A stretch of DNA of 55,691 bases, filler included, from Sphacelaria rigidula (taxonomy: Eukaryota): the NCBI GenBank assembly GCA_964200075.2. It is 6 parts of 6 records of this genome, joined end to end, with 100 filler letters (N's around TTAATTAATTAA, not from the genome) between each part and the next. Parts side by side here need not be neighbours in the genome. Positions count along the whole stretch, not along the records: positions 1 to 9,199 come from CAXNAA020009059.1; positions 9,300 to 18,498 come from CAXNAA020009060.1; 4 more parts are not named here. One strand, written 5' to 3'. Positions 1-10,683 of the stretch are shown here, piece after piece (position 1 is the stretch's first letter; each line of letters begins with the position of its first letter). The translations under genes and the position numbers were made by a program. Below the pieces are notes generated by a model. That model saw only the letters and a list, made by a program, of their open reading frames with translations. It was not told where the DNA came from and ran no database searches.

Positions 1-1252
1 CTCTCATGTGGGCGAAATTGCTGAAAACAAGCCCAATAGTGGGATCGCAGCCGGTTCGTTGAATGGTGCCGGTGCACGTTTTGTGGGGGGGCTATCTCGG
101 CATTAGTCGGGGGTGAGTAAGAAAACGTCTCCTGCTGTATCACATGCTTGCTCCATTCCCCGTGCTCTGAACTTCCGTGCAAGCCGTATGCATGTCGCGT
201 TTGTTTTATGTTGTTTGAGCTACTCGCTGTCTGTGTCAAGTTGTGCTCTCCACTCGTTCTTTGTGCAAAATATATGCTGCTGTGCTGACTCCAGGAGAAC
301 ACCACTGTCACCCCAACCGTTCCCGGCGTTTGGCCTCGAGTGCGCCCTACGCGTGATGATGGAGCTGGTGTCGTATGCGCCGGGGGAACGGAAACCCTTC
401 GGGCCTTTCGCCAATAGCATGTATATCTAAAAGACCAAACCGAGGGAACACCAGAATGGTCTTTTGGCTGCGGACTTTGGGGACAAGTATGTCCCCCGAA
501 CCAGAGTAATCCTAACCGTAATCCGGACTTGGGATCGTTGACAACTATGAAAGCCCGAGCGCAAGACCAAAGTTTGATCTTCACATCATCAAAGTCGGTA
601 GGGTCTTAGAAACCTAGTTGTTGAACCGAAATCGGGTGACATTCCGGTCTTGCTCTGTACTTCAAGACCGGATCCGATTTTGGCCCTGGCAAACACCCTA
701 TTCAAACAGCGCGTGGTTTCTCGTGATAATGAAGTTGTTAACAGTCACTTCACCATCAGTATCACGAAATGATTATCATTTTCCTTGTTTCCTTAAAACA
801 CCGCCATACCCTTTGGATGTAGAGCCGATACCGTGTATCGGCCGCGGCGTGACGCCTGCGGCGGTACGACCTGTTCACCGCACAGCGGCAGGGTTTAGGG
901 TGACAGAGCACACCGCAGAACGTCGCATCCTTTAGTCTATCCCTGTCCTGCATTGATTTCGCGTTGTCCTATGCAGTTCGCCACATCATGAGAGCAGCCG
1001 TTGTATCGCAGCCAAGGTGTACGTAGAGCAACATGAACCTCCTCGCGAATCGCTATGTTGCTACATCACATTTGTTTCAAGATGTCCTTGTTGCAGCTAC
1101 AGCGTGCGTTTGTCCCAAGTGGCGCACCCAGGAGTGGAAGGCCGCCTCCGCCGCTGTAATGGCTGCCTGTATCGTGGCCGAAGCTGTATGGTAACACAGC
1201 CGCGGCTGGCGCGCCCACACATACCGAAAGGTAGAGACCGGCGTCCAGATTC

Positions 1253-1374
1253 ATGGGACGACAACACCCACACAATACACTCGACGTTGCGCAGTACACT
1301 TTCCTCATACATCATGTTCGTACTGTCTGTAGGAATCTTTTGTCCACGGTTGTGTACATTTTCCATATATAATG
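1253..1374 (+). repeat. Diverged ~120-bp direct repeat, copy 1 (copy 2 at 8930-9043)
   Basis: ATGGGACG..CAACAC...TTGCGCAGTACACTTTC...TGTTCGTACTG.CTGT...TTTTGTCCACGGTTG.GTACATTT...TATATAATG is shared by both copies. Confidence 0.85.
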
Positions 1375-2874
1375 CAAAGGCAACATCTGGGCGAATTGCA
1401 GGGGAGGCAATCGCCGAAATATTCGCCTGCAAGCTCTGCTCCAGTGTACTGTCAGTTGATATCGCTAGAAGGACACTACCATAACCACCTTGCCGGCTGC
1501 CAGACTGTCACAGACTGTCAGGACGTAGGATCCGCTAGCATTGCTACTGTCTGTAGGGGGGTGTTGCCCACTTGTCAGGGACGTTTTGGAGCGTGATACT
1601 CGATGTAGATCATCCTTGTACATGGGCACCAAATGCTGGGGGTTCTTACTCAAGACTTCGATTTGGAGGATCATACCAGGTAGGCAGCGGCAACTACTGT
1701 GTGTCCAAGTGCCCCTTAGAGCAGGATGCGTTTGGCGTCCGTTTGACGAAGTTATTCCCAAAAAACCAAAATTGATGAGGGTTACAGACTGGAAAAATTT
1801 AGCAAAAACAATATCGCACGAACCACGACGCAAGAACCACGACGCAAAAAAACCCCAAGTCGAGGTTTTACCTGCAGCAGAAACCTACTTGACTTTGTGA
1901 AATTGGAAAATGCTTTGTCTTGTGTATAGTTCGAGTCACGTGTTTCATGTTAATGATAAAACTGCCTGTGCTGCAGTATGGTTGCGTCCTTGCATTCCTT
2001 GCCAAAAACTACGCTTCCCGCGCCTCGTACACAGTTTACGATAACCAGAGCATGTCGGTGGCGTTTGTATAATGCATATCCGTTTTGGAACTGGTACGCC
2101 ATACTATATGGAACAGCACGGAGCATGCGACAGTACCAGACCGAAAAAAAGCTGGTTCACCACACCTCCAAGTGCAACAACGACGGACTTGCTGGCATCT
2201 CTTCTGCGTGTTCACGAATCACGCGTGATAAAACATGATAAGCAATATCGTGACGGGCCGCCACAGGGGAGTGCTGTAGTGCATAAGCGCGCTGGCACGA
2301 TATTGGCAACACGGTAAATCGCGCACGCGCTAGCGCGCGTGCTGCTCGAAAATATCGCGCTTCGCGCGTTTAATTCAATTCAGTGCGTTTACTAAATCCA
2401 ATACAGAGGTTACTCTGTTGTGGGTGGGACTGGGGCCCGATTTTGGGTACTACATTTCGGGAAAATGGATCACGAACGCTACATACGTAAGAACTGGACC
2501 GTAATCGGGCGGATCATCTCTATCACAAATACACGCGTCACCTAAAAACAACGACCTGGCTCATATGAAATGTACTATATTTATAGTACATTTATTGAAG
2601 CCTGTGAGTGGTCGGTGTTGACATGATGCTGTTCCTGCGGTAAAATTGCCCCACATCAGTTAGTGGTGTCTCTTATTGCAAAATCAATACTGTTTGTCCA
2701 GCTGCTGCTGCTGTTCCACAACGGAAGCACACGCCCTCGAGGTGCCACCCCACGCCTACCGTCATTGCGAACATAACAAGATAAGAACACGAACTGCAGC
2801 AGTCGTGGCCGCCACACACAAACGTTACTGCAGTGAAACGTGCGCCTGACATATTGATATTTTGAACGACGAAG

Positions 2875-4890
2875 GTCGGAAATTGGAGACGATGAGCAGC
2901 AGCGTCGCATATATCGAAAGTACCATCACGATGATGGCGATGATGTTGACGAACAAGAGGTTCACGCCGTGCGGGTTGGCTGCGCGCTGCATGCCCTCCA
3001 CATTGCTGTGACTACGGGACTCGGGAACGAGCATTTCATGTGCCCCATGGGGTCAGGGTCTTGGCATGAGTGGGATGAATCCCATCTCGTCAGCCTTTTG
3101 GGCACCGTCTGGTACACCATGTCGAGGCCAGGTTCTTCTGCGTCAAATTTCGCCCAATTCCAAAATCTCGTAAGTGACAAATTTGGCATGAAGTGGAAAA
3201 ACGTTTCGTGCGCCCGGCCGAGACGAGATGGATGGTCGTATGGGAGGGAGCGACGCTACTCGACGAGCGCTGGGATCAGGTGCAGCGGGTATTGACCGAC
3301 TGGGCTCCTTCCTGTCTGTACAGTACCCACTTCAAACGGTATTGGCTGCAAGGCGCATTCATGATGGAGGAACCTGTGTTCAGACTCCACGCCAAGTTTG
3401 CCAAGGCACTCGGAGGAAAAGTGTTGAACTGGGCATACAACTGGTTGAGGAGCAAGGGTGGTTCTTTCCTCAAGCATGGTGAAGTGATGGAAGCAGCTGC
3501 CTCCTGGGATGCGTTTGGCGGAGGTGGCGGACTTCTCCCTCGAGTTCGTGCGGCGGTTGAGGGAATTGCGCAATAATCCCGACGTCCACTTCAAGGAGGA
3601 ACTGAACTTCGCTGACCAGCATCTCAACGCAGCAGAGGTGAGGTATGTTTTCGCGTTATGCGTTTCGACAAGTGTTTGGGTGATGAGCCATTCTTCGGCG
3701 TTGATACTTGTTGCTGCTTTGTTCAAGTCAGGACTCATTGGTGATGTATCGGCCAAACTGCTGTTGCCCGACTCACCATGCGGGTGCCTCCATCGAAAAC
3801 GTTTTTAAGGCATGGCTGTTTGCCCTGATGTCTGTCGCCACGACATAGCAACACCGCTGTCCTATCCGCGTGCCCACGAAAGGGATTCTATAGTAGTGGC
3901 TGCTCCACACGTATCACCGCGAAGCGCTTCATGCAAGGAGAGCAGTCTCAAAAGTGTAACGAAGCGCCTTGAAAATTTTGGGGTTATGATCTTTTGTGCC
4001 ATTCGTGTGGGCAGGCTGCGCTCTCTCGGGAGAACTTCGGAGAACGAGGGTTCTTTGCCGTTGTTGAGGGGAAATGGGAGAAATGGATGGGACCTCACCA
4101 GCATCTGCCCCTTAGTATGGCGCGGCTGGGCTGTCCGACTTTCTTCGTTGGATCGTGGGCGGGCTGTAAGCAATCGTACGAATATGCGGTAGGGCAAGAG
4201 TTTGCGGGTGCTTTTGGATCTGTGCTGTGGCCCGAAGAGTTCACAGAACCCTCACGGACATTGTACGAAGAGCAGTGTCGGGTTCTCCTGAAAAAGGACC
4301 TCGCCGATGCCAGCTCCACGAGAGAGAGGGATGAGCTGACACTTGGCTTGTTTTCAGCGTTCAACGAGAGTATCAACGAGAGTAAGGAGTTGAGGAGTGA
4401 GCTCAGGATGCATACGTCATCCGCGAAGGGAAGAGTTGAGCGGAGTAAGCATGCCGTGAAGGGTGTTTCGAGCTTCCGTACCCTTCCAGAGTTTCCTCTG
4501 ATTCATCGAGAGGTGTGTGTGCGGATTTACGTAGGGGTCGCGGAGCAACAACTCGTGGAGTCATTTTTCTCGAAATTTGACCCGTGTACGCTCAAGTCAG
4601 ATTCTAACGAGATGGGTCGTGTTCGCACGGGGCAGTACAAGTCTCCCGCGTCGGCCGACATGGGGAAGCGGCAAGCCCAGCCCCAACAAATCCGTGAGGC
4701 TGGGAAGACGGCGATACAGAAGGCGCAAGCTGCAAGTAGAATGACGCATGCTACGGTGCCATTCGAGCGGTCGCAACGCAAACGCCGTGTTGATGGGCGG
4801 GCCGTTTTGAGATCGTTGGAAAATTTGAAAAAGCCCAGGCACACGCCGGGAGTAAACAAATCATCGGGCGGAGGCTCGAGCAGCAACTGA
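2875..4890 (+). pseudogene. hAT-like transposase, C-terminal half (frameshifted, one intron)
   Basis: Exon ~2875-3637 encodes VRVGCALHALHIAV (CxxH, C at 2981), then after an A-run frameshift KRFVRPAETRW (TRW 3223-3231), with a second shift near 3495. Phase-0 GT-AG intron 3638-4014. Exon 4015-4890 contains QQLVESFFS (E at 4558-4560), matching the hAT ERxFS catalytic-Glu motif. Confidence 0.8.
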
Positions 4891-6635
4891 GATATTCGTC
4901 ACGGTATCCGGGGGGGAAAGGGGGAACAGCAGGATGAGTTTGCAATAGGAGATGCGTGTTGTAATGCGTTTCGCCCGTGTTGGGTGTTGTCGCAATCTTC
5001 AGTTGCCCCCGACTTTGGTTGAACTCTTCCTCTGCTGGTGGCCCACAGGTTGCCACGGCAATCACTCGAACAGCATTTAATATGAGATATTTCCCGTGAG
5101 TTTTACATCACGATATGATGTTCACACATTTTTCTTTATCTACAGGCAATCACGGTTCATATGTCAAAGCCGTGTCCACCTCGTGTTTCATCAGAAAAAA
5201 TGGCGACGCTGTCTGCGCTCTCGAGTTGTTTGCGCTTGGATCTTGGACGTGCAACATTCGCCGACAAACGGCAAAGTCACCCTCTGCGACACAACAGGCA
5301 CGGAGCTATCCGTGTTGAAGCGTGGTGTTGGTTGCAGTGCGCTCTTGCACGCAAGATCAACACATTGCGAGCCGTAACGTTATGAACGCTGTGCTAAGCT
5401 CTCTTCACTTCGAAGAACACGTGCTCAAAACTGCAGTGTAACGAAGAAAAGCATGGCATATATATTCTTTACCGTATAGATAGCCAGTGCGACCACATAT
5501 CTCAATGTCTTGATACGCATAGACTTCTGCGCTAGAGCGATTTTCAGAAATCAGCACCTGTCGTTTACGAACTCGCCCTCCGCAGCTCAAGGGTAAAAGA
5601 TACTCGTTCATGAATTGCGAAGCTGTTCTTTCTTTGCCGGCCGGTTATGGTTAGACCCGCGGTGCACATAGCAGACCACGGAGAAAACAATCAGGATGGG
5701 GGATTGATTGGCAGCAAAATATAGCACTTCGCAAGGAGTTGGTGAAAATTGACAAGTGGATAGTTGGTCCAAGTTGAACACTTTACATAGTGTACGCACG
5801 AAAATAAAAAAAGCTTAGCACACCCGCGCTTCTGTGCTGAAATTGTATACTGCAGGGCAACCCCGTATCGTTTGTGAACTAGCCCTTTGTTTTGCGTTTA
5901 AAGGGGTGAAGGATACTGGCTGTCGAAAGGCGACTTCGCCCTGTGTGAAAGGCCGCGCAGAACGAAGCGGCACCTCCTGTGACGCCCCGGCGTGACCTGC
6001 CGTCACAGGTTGGTCGTCGCAGAAAATTATCACGCCATGGAACACGAAGCTTGCTGACCTTGGAGTATTTTGCATATTTTTGTCATGTTTTATAGTATAC
6101 ACCGACGTCAGTTGTTCTAGAACCGATTACGGATGTCACCACCCAAAATGAGGCGGTACAAATACAAACATTCGCTTTCGATGCCTTGGCTCCAGCGCTG
6201 GAACCCTTGCACGCGAAACGGCCGCGGGCTTTCTCTTTCATCCGACGAATATCCCCTTGTGAGCAGCCACTGAAAATGATCACCAGCAATTGAAGGGCGG
6301 AATTGCGCACAGAAGAAAGGTGCGCCTACGGGTGCCGTCACAACCTTTTGCGGCAACCAAAAAACATGCACTTCAGACAAAAAGCAAATATGCGAGAGAA
6401 AAGCCAGGTGAAAACCAGCCACATGTACGGGCTGCAATCCCATCCGAACGACGAAAGCACGCCACATAATCAACACCACAGACTAGGCCTATGCTGCGCG
6501 CCGCTCACCCCGACTGTTGGTACGCAGCCGATCGTCTTTGCCTTTAACCCCATCCCTACCCCCGATCAACGATGTCTTCCTCCTTCTCCTTCGGCTTCGG
6601 GCCGTCAGTCGTGTGCGCTCCGTTTCCGGCACTTG

Positions 6636-8499
6636 TCAGCCATCTCCACGTTGAGTCGCTACTGTTGCGGGCATCTGCCTCCTTCTTTTCTTCTTGGTTT
6701 TGATGGTGGTGTCCTCGCCCCGAAGCTTCCGCCGCAATAGAGCAACGCCCCCCCCCACATCGGCAGAAACGGGTGCTGTGTTATCGCTTGGGACGAAAAG
6801 TACTTTTTCACGAGGGTATTTCAGGTCATTAACAACAGTGTCGTAGAAGAGGGAGGCTTGCGTCTCGGCTGTCTTGTCTTTCATGCTGCAGACACGAAAG
6901 AGCCCCCACCAAGGGGAGTCCGTTTCCTCGTGCCAAAAAGACACAAAAATGGGAAAATATTTATCCCCGTTCCGCAGATACTCGTCCGCTGCGATGAGCA
7001 AAAACGGCGCCGCCAAAATAGCGGCTCGGAGCTCTCCTGCATTGAGCTCCGGCATGCCGAGGGCAAGTATCTTGACCGTTTTTTGTCCAGCTTGATGCCC
7101 AACTCCTTCGCGTCCACGCCCGTCGCGAAGTCCAAGACACCATGTACCAAAGGTCCGGTGGAATTCAGCGATAAGCCGTGTTGTATCAAATGTTGACACA
7201 TCCGAGCACACCTCTCACCATACACCCCATCTGGTTTCAGATTTTGGAGCACCCCCTCTCGCATCACGCGGGCCTTCTCCTCTTCGGAGTCAACTTTTTC
7301 GTCGCCATTGGGCGGGGGGGGCCGTACAGGTGGCCTGGGTTCTTCATCGTGATTACGTCGTGCGCGGTCGATCTTGGCGTCGCGCCGGGCCACCTGCCGC
7401 AGAGTCAACAGCGACATCACGTCGTGTGTCAGGAGATATCGGCACCGTGAACAACATACAAAATATGAGCAAGCAATACACTGAATTCTGTTGTCTACTA
7501 CTGTAAATTTATATATGTAATAGAGCAGACGGTGAACAACATACAATCAGTAAAGACAGTCAATTTTGAAAAAAGTGGGATATCCGATACTGCAGCTGCA
7601 GCTCTGGGCTACTGAACAGACAGCTGTCGACTACTGCCTGTACTGTTGTTGTCCTGTGTACTTGTACTGACTGTCTGTAACAGCGGTAGTTCGCGTGTCT
7701 CACCAGCTTTTGAAGCTTCTTCTTCGCCACCCTTCCCTTCTTCGCCGACTCTCGCGCCACGTCTATGCTCCGCTCCAGCATACGTATCTTTCTCTTCTGC
7801 AGCACGACCTGACTATGAAGAGAATAACGAGATTGATCCAACTTGGCTTGCGGAGCGGGCGACTTCCTCAAAATGTCCATCTCCTCGAGAATATCTGCTC
7901 TGATCTTTTCCAACCTGATCACCTCATGTTGCAAGGTCATCAACTCCGTCTCAGCCGCCGTCGCTCTCGCCTCCGCCTGACAGCACCGCCCCCTCTCTTT
8001 TGACGACGCCAATTCTGCTGCGTGCCTTCGCTCTTTTTCTGACAAAAAGGCTACTTCAGCTTCACGCGCGACCGTCTCCGCCAACTTCAATTTTTCTTCA
8101 TCCTCGGCATTCCTCCTTTCCGCCAACATCAGCGATGCTTTCGCCGAGGCACACGCAGCCTGGCTTCCCTCCAACTCTTTCTTGGCCGCCTTAACCTCTT
8201 CGGCGGTGGACCTGACCTTTGCTGCAGCTTCCTCTACCCATCGACGCGACGCCTGTCGGCGGCCGGTCAACACAGCAGCGGCCACGTCTTGACCATTTTT
8301 TCCCTTGTATGTCGCTCAACTCCAGCTTGAATTCTCCTTCTTTTTCTTTGTCGAAACTCATATCTTTAAGAATTTGCCATGTCGGACCTCGAATAGCGCT
8401 ACTACTCCTCGATCCAAAAGTGCTGATCGCGCAACGCGTAGAACTAGGCGACGAAGCAGAGGATTGAACTGCAGTTTCTTGCGTGCGCTTCCCTCACAT
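6636..8499 (-). pseudogene. hAT-like transposase, N-terminal half with long coiled-coil leader (frameshifted, one intron)
   Basis: Possible ATG at 8499 followed by TGA; A-run shift near 8300; coiled coil to 7704; phase-0 intron 7703-7394 (CTG|GTGAGA...GCAG|GTG); A6 shift at 7079-7084; then FLLIAADE (D 6986-6984)...KDKTAETQASLF...LFVPSDNT (D 6785-6783)...GGVALLRRKL, the hAT RNase-H-fold pattern. Confidence 0.8.
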
Positions 8500-8929
8500 C
8501 CAAGCTAGGTCAACCCAATTCACCTTTTCGTTTGAGCCCGATACTGAGCCGCAACAAACGCGAAAATACAAAAATGAGGTGTTTTGCGCTCTGGGAGGGG
8601 ACTTTCTCGCCGCTGGCGCGACGCCAGGAAAATGTGAATTGGAATCCCGTAGATCTTGTGTGTATGCGGGGGGGTGTGAAGTGCCGTGGGCTGGCTTGCT
8701 TACTGTGTCGAGAACTGCGCGATCTCCCGTGCTATAGCTGTCCCATGGTCAACCAAGTTTATAAGTGATGAAGCGTGTGTTCTGCTCAAGAGGGCCTCGG
8801 CACAGGTACGACCACCTACTGACGTGTTCAGAATTCTTCCGTACTTCTGTTTTTTTTAGTTTGACGCTGATTTTTGGTCGTTAGGCCCTCCAGTCCCACC
8901 CATAACTGTGGGTGTGGAGCCAACAATAG

Positions 8930-9043
8930 ATGGGACGGCAACACACACAACACACTGACTTTGCGCAGTACACTTTCAACAACTTGTTCGTACTGACTGT
9001 GAAAGTATTTTGTCCACGGTTGGGTACATTTCCGTATATAATG
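8930..9043 (+). repeat. Diverged direct repeat, copy 2
   Basis: Aligns by eye with 1253-1374; lies 20 bp outside the right TIR. Confidence 0.85.
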
Positions 9044-9199
9044 GAGTGATGCTACGGTAGGGGTACAGAAATAATTTCTGAGGTTGGAATTGTTAGGAGC
9101 CCCCTATCTCATTCAAGACTTATGAAAATATGCGAGAGTACGCCAGGATTACTATTCCGATGTGCTGGGGATATCCCGAATAAATCTGCAAACGGGGAT

Positions 9200-9299
9200 N
9201 NNNNNNNNNNNNNNNNNNNNNNNNNNNNNNNNNNNNNNNNNNNTTAATTAATTAANNNNNNNNNNNNNNNNNNNNNNNNNNNNNNNNNNNNNNNNNNNN
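9200..9299. other. Artificial contig linker (N44-TTAATTAATTAA-N44)
   Basis: 100-nt spacer with stops in all six frames, identical at five positions. Confidence 0.98.
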
Positions 9300-10346
9300 A
9301 ATCAGGCCGAAGAAATTGTGGATTTGGTGATTCGAACCCGTGATGATTCGTCCTAACCGTGGATAGATCCATCTTGGATGTCACTCGTGGGCCAACAATT
9401 TCTTTGAAGAGGGCATCGGTGCACCTATTTCCGAAACTGCGGTACGAACAGCTGGGTGCGGGCAGCAAGCAAGAACACACCCGTCCGTGACAGCTCTCGA
9501 TTTTGTCTTTCCCTTCCAACGCTACACATCATCCTCTCAAATGAAGCAACGAAAACGTAGCCCATCCAGAGCTTGCCAGCGGTCTGTGTTGCATCTTCTA
9601 CTTCTGGCTATATACAGTGGACCTAAGAAGGTATAGGGCGAGCGTTGATGACGCCACAAACGAAACACGCCGAGGGGGTATGCGTGGGTCATGTCGATGT
9701 CCATGTGCTGTTGTTGACTTGGCATGAAATGGCACACCCTTGTGTGACGATGCCAACACGTCTCACCAAGCGCTCTCGTCTTATGCAGGCGGAGGTATCC
9801 CTGCTCACACGACATAACTGTACCTGTAAATTTATGGTGCAGTGTAGCTGGAACCCTGATCGATCGATCGATAGGTTGATTGGTGGATCAATTCACTATC
9901 GCACGACTGATCCCCACAGACGTACCCAAGGCAAGCAACACGAGAACAGCCCTAGCCCTGAAATTTGAGTTTGGCACCAGAGTAGTGACACGTGGTGTGC
10001 GGCAGCGAATTTTACACCCCAACCAAACAAACTTGAAGGTTTTCCCCTTTTGGGATCTGAACCTGCGAAAATTTGCCCGTCAAGTCTAGAATTCTCGTGC
10101 TCGCATGGTGCGGATCTTGAGATTGGCGATTTCCCTATGTAGAACCTGTTGCAAGAATATCGCAAAACAAACGTGTACCTGGAGACAGGGCGTGGGGTGA
10201 GGTGCAGTTCTGGGGAATATTACCTCCCCTCATTAAGGACATTTTGTTTCTGTGCTGCTGAACTGCACCCATCTATGTTCGCTACTTTCGATTCACGCTT
10301 TCTACTCGATAAAACTGCGACCTTGAAGTGCAAGTAACCCCTTTAT

Positions 10347-10384
<38 letters not shown>

Positions 10385-10475
10385 ACTCCTCACGCCCCCC
10401 CACCGCCNNNNNNNNNNGTTTTCCTTCTTTTTTTGCACTCTTCTCATTCAAAAACACATTCCATCTCAGATACAA

Positions 10476-10512
<37 letters not shown>

Positions 10513-10683
10513 CATCCCACACTCATGATTCCCCCACGCCACCGAAATATTTCGGCCGTGACACGCAAAATCCCACCCACAACCACAACAGTACACTCCT
10601 CCTGTTCCTCGTGAGTAGCCCTCCCGCCCCCGTCCTCTTCTCTGACGCCGACGAACACCGATTTTTCCGCGCCGTCACTCAAG

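Larger units (their letters stand above)
2413..8910. mobile_element. TIR DNA transposon (~6.5 kb) carrying a degenerate hAT-like transposase in two convergent halves
   Basis: Inverted repeats CTCTGTTGTGGGTGGGACTGG (2413-2433) and revcomp CACAGTTATGGGTGGGACTGG (8890-8910), 18/21 identical, bracket both transposase halves. No clean TSD (GGTTA left, GGTGT right). Confidence 0.7.

Noticed and set aside
2413-8910. RAG-like (ProtoRAG) or Transib transposon
   Set aside because: Convergent layout and CAC end are reminiscent, but the motifs are hAT-like and no RAG1 core or kelch-like RAG2 sequence is seen.
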